A stretch of DNA of 64,000 bases from Dendrobates tinctorius (GCF_039654945.1 NW_027361838.1:21328001-21392000); one strand, 5' to 3'; positions 34,736 to 48,941 are shown, counted from the first letter of the stretch. Notes: generated from the letters alone by a model not told the origin. Translations and numbers: made by a program.

Positions 34736-36701
34736 CAATGGGTACAGAAAGTATTCAGACCCCTTTAAATTTTTCACTCATTGCAGCCATTTGGTAAATT
34801 CAAAAAAGTTGATTTTTTTCTCATTAATGTACACTCTGCACCCCACCTTGACTGAAAAAAACAAACAAATGTAGAAATTTTTGCAAATTTATTAAAAAAG
34901 AAAAACTGAAATATCACATGGTCATAAGTATGCAGACCCTTTGCTCAGTATTGAGTAGAATCACCCTTTTGAGCTAGTACAGCCATGAGTCTTCTTGGGA
35001 ATGATGCAACAAGTTTTTCACACCTGGATTTGGGGATCCTCTGCCATTCTTTATTGCATATCTTCTCCAGTTCCGTCAGGTTGAATGGTGAATGTTGGTG
35101 GACTCCAGAGATGCGCAATCGAGTTTAAGGGTACCGTTACACCTAGCGATGCACCAGCGATCCCGACCAGCGATATGACGCGGTCAGGATCGCTGGTGCA
35201 TCGCTAGGTGGTCGCTAGTGAGCTGCCACACAGGCAGATCTCACCAGCGACATCGCTGGGGACGGGGATCGCTACTTACCTGTCAGACGAGGCGATCCTG
35301 CGTCCTCCTGCCTGCGTCCACGGAATGGAATGGTCCAGGAGCTTCTCACGCGATCAACGATAACCAGCGGGGGAGCCGGTCGGAGGCAAGTATCACATGC
35401 AGCGATATCGCTAGCAAAATCGCTGCAACGTCACAAAATCGGTGACTTTACAGTGATATTGCTAGCGATATCGCAGTGTGTAACGGGGCTTTAGTCAGGA
35501 TTCTGGCTGGGCCAGTCAATAATGGTCACAGAGTTGTTCTGAAGCAACGTCTTTGTTATTTTATCTGTGTGCTTAGGGTAATTGTCTTGTTAGAAGGTGA
35601 ACCTTCGGCCAAGTCTGAGGTTCAGAGCACTCTAGAAGAGGTTTTCATCCAGGATCTCTCTGTACTTGGCCGCATTCATGTTTCCTTCAATTGCAACCAG
35701 TCGTCCTGTCCCTGCAGCTGAAAAACACCCGCATAGCATGATGCTGCCACCACCATGTTTCACTGTTGGGCTTGTATTAGGCAGGTGATGAGCAGTGCCT
35801 GGTTTTCTCCACACATACTGCATAGAACTTCTTGGTGATAATTGTATCTTCGTCTTATCAGACCGGAGAATCTTATTTATCATAGTCTGGGAGTCCTTCA
35901 TGTGTTTTCTTTTTAGCAAACTTTATGTGGGGTTTCATATATCTTGTACTGAGGAAAGGCTTCTATCGGGACTTTCTGCCATAAAGGCCCGACTAGTGGA
36001 GGGCTGCAGTGATAGTTGACTTGTGGAACTTTCTCCCATCTCCCTACTGCATCTGTGGAGCTCAGCCACAGTGATCTTAGGGTTCTTGTTTACCTCTCTC
36101 ACTAAGGCTCTTCTCCCACAATTGCTCAGTTTGGTTGGACGGCCAGGTCCAGGAAGACTTCTGGTGATCCCAAACTTCTTCCATTTAAGGATTGTGGAGG
36201 CCACTGTGCCCTTAGGAACCTTGAGTACTGCAGAAATTATTTTGTAACCTAGGCCAGATGGGTGCCTTGCCACAATTCTGTCTCTGAGCTTCTTGGCCAG
36301 TTCCTTTGACCTCACGATTCTCATTTGGTCTGACATGCACTGTGAGCTCTTATATAGACAGGTGTGTGCCTTTACAAATCAAGTCCTATCAGTTTAAACA
36401 CAGCTGGACTCCAATGAAGGAGTAGAACCATCTCAAGGAGGATCACAAGGAAATGGACAGCATGTGACAAATATGAGTGTCTGAGCAAAGGGTTTGAATA
36501 CTTATGACCATGTAATATTTCAGTTTTTCTTTTATAATAAGTTTGCAAAAATTACTAAATTTCTGGGGGGTTTTTCAGTCAAGATGGGGTGCAGAATGTA
36601 CATTAATGACAAAAACAATGAACTTTTTTGAAGTTACCAAATGGCTGCAATGAAACAGAGTGAAAAATTTAAAGGGGTCTGAAAACTTTCCGTACCCATT
36701 G
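34736..36701 (-). mobile_element. Tc1/mariner element (degenerate) with a nested MITE
   Basis: TA|caatgggtacagaaagtattcagacc..ggtctgaaaactttccgtacccattg|TA; PTVKHGGGSIMLCGCF, GLGYKIISAVLKVPKGTV. Confidence 0.92.
35128..35490. mobile_element. PIF/Harbinger-like MITE
   Basis: Same family as 12461-12849; TTA flanks. Confidence 0.85.
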
Positions 36702-37041
36702 TATATGACCCAAAATGGGAAACCCCCATCAAATCCCACCCACATCACAGTAAATTGTAAAATACCAATCCATAACAAGTAGGGCAGTGATAGGGAAACC
36801 CGGAGAAAAACGGATTTTGACAAGTTTATTGTTACTAAAATCACAGTGATGATATACAGAAGTACAATAACACGGACTAAGAAGAGAAGTACAAATAAAA
36901 ATAGGGCAGTATAGAAAAAAAATCCCCAAGTCTAAAAGAGCCGACAATCCCTCTGAAAGTGCACTGGAAAGTAATAGCCCTATCTAGTCCTAAAGATAAC
37001 TCTTATAGTAGACTTACATAAATGTAAGCCATGAACCCGCT

Positions 37042-40000
37042 AAATAGGGATTTTTGTGTACTCACAGTAAGATCCTTTTCTCCGAGCCATTCATTGGGGG
37101 ACACAGACAGTGGGTGTTATGCTGCTGGCCACTAGGAGGACACTAAGTAAATCAGAAAAAAAAGTTAGCTCCTCCCCTGCAGTATACACCCTCTCGCTGG
37201 CTGAGATTTCTCCAGTTCGGTGAAAAAGCAGTAGGAGCATAAATAGTCAACAATAACCATAATTATGTCAAAACCTAAGAATGCTACAGTGAGCCAATAG
37301 GCTAAACAGGGTGGGTGCTGTGTCCCCCAATGAATGGCTCAGAGAAAAGGATTTTACAGTGAGTACACAAAAATCCCTATTTCCCCTACGCCTCATTGGG
37401 GGACATAGACAGTGGGATGTCTTAAAGCAGTCCCTTGGTGGGGAGCATACAACTGCTAATACCCCATGTACCACTGAGTCAACACTGAGGTACTGCCGAT
37501 TGCAGGATGCGTCTGCCGAGAGCTGCATCCGCAGAGGCCTGAGAATGAATTTGGTAATGTTTTGTAAAAGTATGCAGATTGGACCTAGTCGCAGCCTTGC
37601 AGACCTGTTCTGCCGAGGTCTGGTACCGAATGGCCCAAGAAGCGCCCACTGACCGGGTAGAGTGCGCCTTAATCCCCGCTGGGACAGGCGCGTTCCTGAC
37701 ACGGTAGGGTTCCTGAATCTTCAAGCGAATTCACCTGGCTAGCGTTGCTTTTGACGCGGCTAGACTCTTCCTATGCCCCTCTGGAAGTATGAACAGGGCA
37801 TCTGACTTGCGGAAAGGAGCCGTCCGCGAGATGTACCGTCTCAGCGCCCTAACCACATCCAGGGTGTGGAGGGCCTTCTCAATGCGATGGACTGGCGTCG
37901 GACAAAAGGAAGGCAAAACAATTTCCTCGTTGAGATGGAAAGAGGAAACGACCTTGCGCAGAAAGGACGGGGACGTCCTGAGAACTACCTTGTCCTGATG
38001 AAAATTCAGGAAAGGAGAACGGCAGGACAGGGCTGCCAATTCCGAAATTCGCCTGATTGACGTAATTGCCACTAGAAAGATCACATTCCAAGAGAGGACG
38101 GTCAGTGACACGTCCAGCAGCGGTTTGAAAGGAGCCTTCTGTAAGGCCCCGAGAACCAGGTTAAGGTCCCATGATTTCAAAGGCCTTCTATAAAAGGAGG
38201 CGCCACATGGGAAACTCCCCGAATGAACGTCTTGACCTGAAGTTTGGTGGCAATTTTGCGTTGGAAAAGCACTGACAAGGCCGAAATTTGGCACTTGAGC
38301 GAGCTAAGCGCGAGGCCTGATTTTAGTCAGGCTTGAAGGAATTCCAATATAGCTGGAATGGAAAACACCAGAGGGCATCGACCATGATCCTTGCACCACG
38401 AAAAAAAAAAAAAAAAAAGGTTTTCCAGGTGCGGTGATAGACGCGCATGGACAGGCTTCCTAGCACTAATCATGGTGGAAATCACGTCGTGAGAGAACCC
38501 AGCCTGTTCAACTGGCACGCCGTGAAAAACAGGGCCCCGGAGTTCTGGTGGTAAATCGGGCCCTGTGAGAGTAGATCCATGCGATCTGGAAGTCGCCAGG
38601 GGACGTCAGCGACTAGTTGTATTAGTTCCGCATACCATACTTGGCGCGGCCAATCTGGCGCGACTAGGATCACTGGTACTCCCTCTGCTCTGATCATCTT
38701 GATGACCCTCGGAAGCAAGGGAAGAGGGGGAACATGTATGGGAGCTGGAACTGGTGCCATGGCAGAACTAAGGCGTCCGCTCCGATGGCGCATGGATCGC
38801 GCGATCAGGCAATGAACCGAGGCACCTTGTTGTTTAGTCTTGAGGCCATCAGATCCACATCCAGAATCCCCCAACGATGACAAATCTGCTGAAAGACTTC
38901 CGTATGATGAGACCTCTCCCGAGGCAATGCCTTGGCGACTGAGAAAAATCTGCTGCCCAATTTTCTATGCCCGGGATGTGGATTGCCGAGATGGGCGAAT
39001 GGTTGGTCTCGGCCAAAAGGAGGATGTGAATCACTTTGTGCATGGTCATCCTGCTCTGGGTACCTCCCTGGAAGTTGATATACGCTACAGCCGTAGCGTT
39101 GTCAGATTGGATCCTGATGGGGTGACCTGCGATTAGACGGTGGAAACTACGTAGAGCTAATCTGACCGATCGTATCTCCAAAACGATGATGGGGAGACAT
39201 GACTCTCGGGTCGACCAACGACCCTGTGCCGTGTGGTGACCGCACCTCAGCCGAGAAGACTTGTGTCGGTGATTACTATCAACCATCTTGCTGGGAGAAA
39301 AGACCTCCCTTGATTCAGGGAGGACCTCAGTGTCCACCACCTGAGGGCTTGCCTGACCCGCAGAAACAGAAGGATCCGGCGGTCCACAGAGAACGGGTTC
39401 TTGTCCAAGCTAACAGCAACGCATGTTGTAAGGGACAGAGATGGAACTGTGCAAATGGAACTGCTTCCATTGCATCCACCATCTTTCCGAGAACTCTTAT
39501 GCTGAAACGAATGGCGTGAGAGGCTGGACGGGAAAGAGTCCCGCACTGCCTGTTGTAAGGCTTGGGTCTTTTCTGAAGGGAGAATGACCAACCCGCGGGA
39601 AGTGTCCAAGATCATTCCTAAAAAGGAAATCTGCCGAGCCGGTATTGGGAAAGACTTTTCGAAGTTTATCTTCCACCCCAGGCGAGAAAGTGTATTTAGT
39701 GTTATATCCACGGATTCCTCGCAGGCTGGAAGGGACAGACCCTTTATGAGCAGGTCGTCCAGATACGGTAACACCACTACTTCCCGAGAGTGGAGAATGG
39801 CCATGACAGCAGCCATGACCTTGGTAAAGACCCTGGGGGCAGTGGAGTCCGAAGGGCAAGGCAACGAACTGGAAGTGTTCCTTGTGAATTGCAAAATGCA
39901 GGAACTGCTGGTGGGACGGGCAGATCGGAATATGAAGGTAAGCGTCGATGGATGCTAGGAACTCTCCTTTTTCCATGGAAGCGACAACTGATCGGAGAGA

Positions 40001-42824
40001 TTCCATTCGGAATCACCGTACCTTGACAAACTGATTTAACAGTTTGAGATCCAGAATGGGTCGCATCGTCCCGTCCTTCTTTGGAACCACAAAAAGGTTT
40101 GAATAAAATCCTCTGAACCTTTCGTGATGAGGGACCGGAATGATGACTCCGTCCCTTAACAGAGCCTGAACAGCCCGAAGGAAGGCTCTTGTCTTTCCTT
40201 TGGGCGGAGAGGAAAGGAAAAAGCGAGTTGGAGGGGGAGCGGAGAACTCTATCTTGTATCCGGAGGACACCAGCTCCTTGACCCACTTGTTGTGGACGAC
40301 CGCGAGCCAGGTGTGGCTGAAGGAAAGTAGGCGACCGCCTACTTTGTCAGAGTCCGCCGGATACCGCAACAAGTCATTGGGTAGATCTATGAAATCTGGC
40401 TCCCCTAGATCCAGAAGCCATAGGCCTGGGTTTCCAAGAGCGGTTAGGTCTGTATAAGACCTGGGAGCCTCTGTCGCCGCGCAGGGACCGACCGGATCCG
40501 GAAGAGAAGGTAGAGGAGGAACAACCGGAATTGTTGCGAAAAGATCGAAAACGCGTTGGTTGTTGGTTGCGAAACGTCCAAACAGCCTTTTGTTGAGGAA
40601 GGGATTTACTTTTTCCCCCGGTAGTATCAGAAATGAGCTGGTCCAGTTTCTCTCCAAAAAGACGACCCATTTGAAAGTGGAGAGAAGTCAACAATCTTTT
40701 AGATGTGGCATCCGCCCGCCAGTCGCGGAGCCATAGGGCTCTTCTAATGGAGATCGCATTAGCGGCAGTTTGAGCAGAGCAATTGGCGGCATCAAAAGAA
40801 GCGTCCACTACAAAGTCCGCTGCGTGAACTATCTGCCTGGCGACAGTGGTTGCCTCCGGAAGATTGGTGCCCTGGAAGGAAGTAATCAAGACCTCTGCCC
40901 AAGCGGCCATTGCCTTAGTGACCCAAATTGCCACGAAAGATGGAAAAAGTGCTGCTCCTGAAGCTTCAAAAACTGAACAGGCAAGGTAGTCAACTTAACG
41001 ATCGGAGGGGTTTCTGACTGAGGAACCCTCAGAAACGGATAGGAGCGTTTTAGAAGCAAGACGCGATACCGGAGGGTCCACTGGAGGGGACTGTAACCAA
41101 TCCTTCATTAGGTCTGGATCAAAAGGGTATTTAGCCTGAGTAGACTTTTGCCCTGTGAACCGCTTATGTGGACGATCCCTATGTTTCTGGACAATTCCTA
41201 AAGTCCGGATGGCTGGTAAATACCCTGCGCACACACTTGGTTTTCTTAAATGAGATAGGGTGTGCTGGAGCGGGAATATTTTCCTCATCCAACTTCAGAA
41301 TTCTGTTGACTGATTCTATAAGAGAATCAAGCGACTCTTAATCAGTTGGGGGATTCTGAGGGGCTGTCGTGTCAGATTCGAATTCAGAGTCGTGCTCGCT
41401 GTGAACCTCAGGAGAGAGAGAGCGAGAGACAGGAGTTGCAGATGCTGAAGCGCGAACGTGACTAGGGGACGCGTCATGGGTCCGCTTTCTAGAGACCTGA
41501 CCATCCCTTGAACGAGTACGGCCCCTGCTGGTGGACGGTTCCCGGCCGACGCCAGAGCCCTCCTCGGGAGGTAAGGACATTTTCTGACTTAAAGAGTCCT
41601 CCCGGAGGGAGAATATAGCCTGGGTTAGAGACTCCACCGACCATCACAGGGACGCAGCCCACTCAGGGGTACTAAACGCAGGAGGCCCGTCAGCCGCGGC
41701 GGCGAGGGGCGTTTGAGCGCAGGCCGGGTCGCAGTCTGTGCATAACGGATTAGTCTGCACTGGGCAAGGCAGACTTGCAAATGGTACACACAGTAAAAAA
41801 CGCAGTGTGCTTCTTAGCAGCCCGTTTAGACTCCTTAGATTGAGACATAGCGCTCCTAAAAGGGTTAACGGCAGAGTCTGTCTGCAGCTGCAGGGAATGT
41901 GACAGGAAGGGGTTAAGCTTTAATCTGAGGGCAGATGCAGCTTACCCACGGTCCTGTGCTGTGTCCCCCGGGAGGAAAGCGGTGGCCCTGTGGTGTCACC
42001 CGGTATCTGGCAGCGTGCACGCCTCACAGCTCGTATCCAGAGCAGGCTGAGGTAAAAGACATGGCCCCCGAGATTAGAATTGCACGTCTCATAAGAGGTG
42101 CTAAGAGGAGGGGGCGGCGACGTTATCGCGGGCGGCGCTATTCAAATTGCGGCCTAGTAGGCCGGAAAAGCCGGCGACTACATTTTTGGCCTACCCGCGG
42201 TAGGCGCCGGGCGCGATGGGGCGCCGCTGACGCCAAACCTCCACACTCCAGTGCTCGGCAGGGCGCGCTGTCCGGGGCCATCCATGCAGGTCTTCTCATC
42301 CTCCTGGGCTGATGAAGTAGAGCTGGAGGAGTTCTATGGCAGGAGGATGGAGAGCTATGGGGCTGATTCAGGACATTCGTAAGCGCTGTTCCAGTCTTCT
42401 CCATTGCAGTCCATGCGCTTGCCCTCGTATCCGTGGATTACCGGGACCGTAAGGATCATCGCCATCATCGCCAGAGGAATCAGCCCCAATTGTCGCAGGA
42501 AAGTGTATGGGGAGGTATACTCTGCGTGCCTGCCTGTTGTTGGTTCAGGGGAGAGTGGGCTGTAGAAAGGAACCGTCGCCCCCTTCACTCCGTTAAATAA
42601 AAATTTACAGAAAAATCAAAAATAAAATATAAATGGTGGGGTCTGAAACCAGATTCAAGTGCCTCCTATAGACACTAAGCAAGAACTGGAGAAATCTCAG
42701 CCAGTGAGAGGGTGTATACTGCAGGGGGGGAGCTCACTTTTTTTTTGGTTTACTTAGTGTCCTCCTAGTGGCCAGCAGCATAACACCCACTGTCTCTGTG
42801 TTCCCCAATGAGGCGTAGGAGAAA
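37042..42824 (-). mobile_element. DIRS1-like retrotransposon, copy B, full length (5783 bp), uninterrupted but frameshifted
   Basis: aaatagggatttt..ggcgtaggagaaa ends, ITRs, ICR about 37318-37416; gag from ATG 41848, pol about 40400-38480, YR about 38500-37479 (HSTRSVGASWA..TFTKHY). Confidence 0.95.
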
Positions 42825-43742
42825 TTGGAGGTACATATACATAATATACTGTGAATAAGCACACAATCAGTGCAGAGAGAACTGTTAGATCTACAAATCA
42901 ATAAGACAGCATAGATGTATAACTCGTCACTGAATAATGTGTAGGACTAAACTAGTGCACATAATTTCTGCATTTAGTGTACCAGTCAATAGAAGTTAAC
43001 GTAGAGGGTCAAAGATTGTAGGCAGGTGCATATAATCATAAAATTATCAAGAAGATCATATATTCACACAAACCATGACCCATCAAATGAAACATACAGC
43101 CTAATGATACCACATCAATATATGGTAGCGAGCACACTTTTTTTGTGATTATTCAATGAATAATGGCGATCATGTGATTGGGGACTGAAAAAACTGGACC
43201 TGGTCATGTTGTCCAGGGTCTCAGCTACCCCTGGTAACTGAGACCACGGAGATTTTTTTCAGACATGGGGGTGGGGTGCTATTGGCTTATTTCCAGCCAC
43301 TGTTTTAAAACGGCGATGAGGGGAAAAACGACTCTTATTGGCCGCCGTTTTAATGCGTATTGGCGGTTGTTAAGGGGTTAAGTGGCTAAACTGCAAAAAA
43401 ACAAACCAAGCTGCAGTTGCAGCAGCTACAGGCAGATGCCAGCTAAGTAACACAGCTGGCATCTGCCTGTTAATAAGCCAGATCATCGCCTGAGCTGGTT
43501 TAATACGTTCCTTCGAGACCCATGATGAAGATGCATGTCCCAGTTATACAAGGGGTGAAATCAGGAGTTCCAACCCATGAAGTTCTATATAGTCATGTAT
43601 GGTTAATGAACAAAAATAATGCATAAATAATCACATTCCTTTTACGGCCATCGAGAAGCCAAACTGAAATACGTGCAGAGAAATTGCATTGGATAATAAC
43701 TGTAGAAGACATATATGTAAAAAAATATATCTTAAAACTCAC

Positions 43743-43889
43743 CGCTACAGCTTCAGTCTTGACATCATCATTGCTGTCTGGGGCAGTGAGGTCGATGAGC
43801 ACCGGACACACTTTATTCTCCACATCTGACCTTTCAATCAGTTCCTGTTCTAGTAACACCAGCAAAGCTGCTTGACTCGTCTTTCTAAC
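43743..43889 (-). CDS. PPP4R1: PPP4R1 coding exon (about exon 6), VRKTSQAALLVLLEQELIERSDVENKVCPVLIDLTAPDSNDDVKTEAVA
   Basis: 147 nt, cttcag| acceptor, |GTGAGT donor, phase 0/0. Confidence 0.96.
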
Positions 43890-44343
43890 CTGAAGCAATT
43901 AGATTACACACCATTTTAATAAAACCCAAAGAAATAAAGCCAAGAAAATTGTAGCCTAATATAGAAGCCACCTCTATAAAATAAGCCAGTATCCACATGC
44001 TGCATTACAGCAGGGTCTGCACCGCAACCAGTGGTGTGAAAGGCCTGGCTGATCACTGAAAATGGAAAAGGAGCAAACATTCTAGAACACACTTGTACTT
44101 GCAAAAATAACAAATCTATCCGGTTTGGTTTGCAAAGGTCTGCTATTGCCACCATCAAATTAATCACAGCAAGCCCACCGTCCCTAGAATCCTACTACAT
44201 GGTCAAACAATGGTCACAGAATGTAGAGGGAAACATGGCTGGCAGAGCAAATGAAGTATGCAATTTCTGAAACTACATCTTCATCCTTATAAACCAATTT
44301 GTTTTATACAAAAAAAAATAAACATGATGAATAAAAGTCAAAC

Positions 44344-44486
44344 CTGGTTATTCTGGTCAGCGAGATACCTCACTACAATGGGTAGCAGATATTTGGAGAA
44401 AGCATGGGGAATTGATGGCCGGTTTTCTTGGCAGAACATAGCAAGGTGAGGCACTTGTTCCATGAGTTCAGCTCGTACTGTGGGCT
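44344..44486 (-). CDS. PPP4R1: PPP4R1 coding exon (about exon 5), EPTVRAELMEQVPHLAMFCQENRPSIPHAFSKYLLPIVVRYLADQNNQ
   Basis: 143 nt, tgtgcag| acceptor, |GTTTG donor; HEAT-repeat sequence matching PPP4R1. Confidence 0.96.
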
Positions 44487-44632
44487 CTGCACAGCAATAA
44501 GAGTGTTCAGTATTACATAATGGGAACTGTGTCACATAAGTGGTCAGTAAAAGGAAATGACAAGCACAATTCAAGCGGCCTATACATTGCAGGACAGCTT
44601 CGATGTGTTAGATGTCATAAACGAGCACATAC

Positions 44633-44739
44633 CAGAATCTTCTGAGAGTTTTGTGACCCTTTCTAGCACAGCGATACAATCCTTCTCATCATCACTGACT
44701 TCTTTTAAGGTGTCCAGTAAACTTCGTGCAACCATTTGT
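44633..44739 (-). CDS. PPP4R1: PPP4R1 coding exon (about exon 4), QMVARSLLDTLKEVSDDEKDCIAVLERVTKLSEDS
   Basis: 107 nt, tttgcag| acceptor, |GTATG donor; phase 2 to 1 fits both neighbours; PPP4R1 homology. Confidence 0.96.
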
Positions 44740-44877
44740 CTGCAAAGCAAAACAGGCAAAATTAGAAGTGTACAGCTATAAAAAGTCAAAGCGGAAAAAT
44801 AAAAATTCAACATTGAAATTATAAATAAATAAATGAAATGTGCACAGAAATATGTCCGCTATATAAAACACACTTAA

Positions 44878-47800
44878 CCCCTTTACTCCCAAGAGTGGTG
44901 TGCATGTTAATGCCCAGGCCAATTTTTACAATTCTGACCACTGTCCCTTTATGAGGTAATAACTCTGGACCGCTTCAACGGATCCTGGTGATTCTGACTT
45001 TGTTTTCTCTTGACATATTCTATTTCATGTTAGTGGTAAAATTTTCATACAACTTGCGTTTATTTGTGAAAAAAAAACAAAAAACGGAAATTTGGCGAAA
45101 ATTTCACAATTTTCCAACTTTGAATTTTTATGCCCTTAAATCAGAGAAATATGTCACACAAAAAAACTTAATAAATAACATTTCCCACATGTTTACTTTA
45201 CATCAACATAATTTTGGAACCAAAATTTTTTGTTGTCAGGCAGTTATAAGGGTTAAAAGTTGACCAGCGATTTCTCATGCTTACATCACCATTTTATTTT
45301 TAGGGGCCACATCACATTTCAAGTCACTTTGAAGGGTCTATATGATAGAAAATATCCAAAAATGACTCCATTCTAAAAACTGCACCCCGCAAGGTGCTCA
45401 AAACCACATTCAAGAAGTTTATTAACCCTTCAGGTGCTTCACATGAATTTTTTGAATGTTTAAAAAAAAAATGAACATTAACTTTTTTTCACAAAAGAAA
45501 TTACTTCAGGTCCAATTTTATTTTACCAAGGGTAAAAGGAGAAATTGGACTGCAAAAGTTAATGTGCAATTTATCCTGAGTACGCCAATACCTGATATTT
45601 CGGGGGGGGGAACCACTGTTTGGGCGCATGGCAGAGCTCGGAAGGGAACGAGCGCCGTTTGACTTTTTCAACGCAAAATTGGCTGGAATTGAGTGTGATA
45701 CAAACGAGACAAGTATGAGTGTGTGCCTGGGTTACGATAGGTATGCAGTTTTCAGAATAGGTGATTATGGAAGTCATGCTGCCCATATGCTACCATCGTA
45801 GAGCGTTATGCTATGATCATGAAGAGTTAACTTTGTGACAAGCAACATATGGGGGAACTTTGAACAGTAACAAACAACCTTGAAGCACTGTGCTATTGTT
45901 AGAAGACATGCCAGTGGCAAACAAATCTTGGGTTGTAATCAGTAACAAACCACCTTGAAGCATTGTGCTATTGTTAGAAAACAACCTATTGCGCAATAGC
46001 AAGATACTGATGATTGGGCCTAAGCATACTGCACAGATGTGATATGGGAGTATGTGGAAGCTGTGTATAAAAAAAGGGGACCCTGTGTCAGCGAGGTAGG
46101 GACATTCCAGAAGGTATCGTGGACGCACGTTTTCTGTGATGACAAGACCAGAGTATTTCCCTCTCGCTGACACTGTGGTCCCTCCAGTGGAGAAGTGATG
46201 TTATAATACTTGGTAATGTAATGATGCTTATTTCTCTATGTACTATAATTCATATTAATTGTATGATTCACATGAAATGAATTAACAAAACAGGGTAATA
46301 TTATATCTGCCATTCCATAATTCAGCATTATCCTGATGTAATCTTAATAAATTGTTACATTATTGTTTTACCATAAAACTGCATTCAGTGTGCCTAATTT
46401 GTATATTAGTGAGCGTTACGCAAGTAAGGGTGTACCTGCCCTGTCACTTTGACGTGGTAAAACATTGAGATCGGGCGCCATATCACGTTTGGTGAGCCCC
46501 TGATGTGCCTAAACAGTGAAAACTCCCCACAAGTGACCCCATTTTGGAATTTAGCCCCCCAAGGAACTTATCTAGATATGCTAGATATGTCGTGAGAACT
46601 TTGAACCCCCAAGGGCTTCACAGACGTTTATAACGTACAGCCGTACAATTAAAAAAATCATTTTTTCCACAAAAATGATCTTTTCACCCCCAATTTTTAT
46701 TTTCCCAAGGGAAACCGGCCCCCAAACGTTATTGTGCAATTTGTCCTGAGTACGCTGATACCCCATATGTGGGGGTAGACCACTATTTGGGCGCATGGCA
46801 GAGCTCGGAAGGGAAGCAGCGCCATTTGACTCTTTTGGCTGGAATGGAGATCGGACGCCATGTTGCATTTGTAGAGCCCCTGATGTGCCTAAACTGTGGA
46901 AACCCCCCACAAATTACCCCATTTTGGAAACTAGACTCCCCAAGGAACTTATCTAGATGTGTGGTGAGCACTTTCAACCCCCAAGTGCTTCACAGAACTT
47001 TATAACGTAGAGCCATAAAAATAGAAAAAAATCTTTTTTTTTCCCCCCCACAAAAATGATATTTGCCCCTAATTTTTTTTATTTTCCCAAGGGTAACAGG
47101 AGAAACTGGACCCCAAAAGTTGTTGTCCAGTTTGTCCCGAGTACGCTGGTATCTCATATGTAGGGGTATACCACTGTTTGGGCGCATGGCAGAGCTTGGA
47201 GGGGAAGGAGCACCGTTTTATGTTTGGCAGCTGTCAGATGCTTTTTATTGTAAAAATAGTTTTTGCATCACCACATTTTCAGAGCTGTAATTTTTCAATA
47301 TTTTATTTTACGGGACGAGTTGACATTTTTATTGGTACCATTTTTGGGCACGTGACATTTTTTGATAGCTTTTTATTCCGATTTTTTGGATGCAGAATGA
47401 ACAAAACCAGCAATTCATGAATTTCTTTTGGGGGGGGTGCATTTACACCGCTTCGCATGCTGTAAAATTTATAAAGGGGTTTAATTCTTCGGGTCAGTAC
47501 GACTACAGCGATACCTCCGTTATATCTTTTTTTTAAGTTTTGGCGCTTTTATACAATAAAACCAATTTTATCTAAAAATATAATTATTTTTGTATCGCTT
47601 TATTCTGCAAGCTATAACTTTTTAATTTTTTCGCTGATGACGCTGCGTGGTGGCTCGTTTTTTGCAGGACAAGATGACATTTTCAGCGGTACCATGGTTA
47701 TTTATATCCATATTTTTGATCGCGCGCTATTGCGCTTTTTGTTCGGCGGTATGATAAAACATTGTTTTTTTCTTTTTTTTTTTTTTTCTTTGAAGGGGTT

Positions 47801-48412
47801 CACTAAAGGGGTTATATATTTTTTTTTTTAGTTTATTTAGGAATTTTTTTAAATTAATTTTACAATTGTTTTTTTTAACATTTTTTACTCTTTATTACTT
47901 TGTCCCGGGGGGGGGGGGGGGGGGGGACGGACATCACTGTAGAACAGCACTGTGTCAGATCAGCGATCTGACAGGCGCTGCTGGAGGCTTCCTCCGTGCC
48001 GGCTCTAAGCAGGCACTGAGGAAGCCGCCTCCCTGCAGGACCCTGAAGGCCCCCGCGGCCATATTAGATCCGGGGGCCTGCAGGGAGGAGGACCCTTGGA
48101 GCGACGCAGCACATCATGTCGCTCCGGGGGTCTCAGGGAAGCGCACAGGGAGCCCCCTCCTTGCGCGATTCTTCCCTGTGCCCCGGTACACTGCGATCAT
48201 GTTTGATTACAGTGTGCCAGAGGTTAATGTGCCGGGGGCGGTCCGTGACCGACCCTGACAAATAGTGCCGGGTGTCAGCTGTGATAATCAGCTGACACCC
48301 GGCCGCGATCAGCGGCGCTCCCCCATGAGCGCCGCTGATCGCACTATTCCGTCCTTGGGACTTAGGTCTCAGTTCACATGGATGGAATAGTACGTTCAAT
48401 GTAGGTAAGGGG
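44878..48412. mobile_element. piggyBac-like non-autonomous element with internal repeats of a few hundred bp
   Basis: ttaa|cccctt..aagggg|ttaa; block tcctgagtacgc..gggcgcatggcagagctcggaaggga recurs at about 45575, 46745 and 47135. Confidence 0.7.
45694..46464 (+). mobile_element. Solo LTR (771 bp)
   Basis: TG..CA ends, 5-bp TSD ttgag, TATA-like tgtataaaa at about 46065, AATAAA at about 46346. Confidence 0.8.
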
Positions 48413-48805
48413 TTAAACTGACACACTGACTGGCTCCATCGATCATGCGCTGACCACTCTGGGCCGTTAATAATAAATACATAGTATTCCGTGCCTTGTG
48501 CTACATTTACAGACTTTATAAGGCTGGGTTCAGACAAGGCATAAAAACTCCATTAATCCAGCTTGAAACCCTACATGAAAAATCAGTGTAGGACTCTGCA
48601 CGCATTATATACAGCTTTACTACTGTCAAAAAGGTGGACCATGCATAAACATAGTGGAGTGCTCCGCGCATAGTGTAAAAATCCATAGAGAGAATAGAAA
48701 GAACTAAATGCAGCAGTGATCCAATCCATGGTAACAAAGTGTACACCCTCCATAATGTGTGCTAAATCCCGTGACTGAAGATGAGAACAGAAGGTATATA
48801 CAGAC

Positions 48806-48941
48806 CTGTTAAATATGTTTTCACTTGTGGCGTACTTGTCCAATCTTCCAAGAGGTGTCAACATTTCATCTTGTGAGACGAAGTCCAAGGCTGAAGGTAT
48901 AATAATCACATCAGACTCTGAGCTGTAGTCATCCACACCAA
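48806..48941 (-). CDS. PPP4R1: PPP4R1 coding exon (about exon 3), ..GVDDYSSESDVIIIPSALDFVSQDEMLTPLGRLDKYATSENIFN(R)
   Basis: Translation is nearly identical to the vertebrate PPP4R1 N-terminus. 136 nt, acceptor ttctgatag|, donor |GTCTG, phase 1 to 2. Confidence 0.96.
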
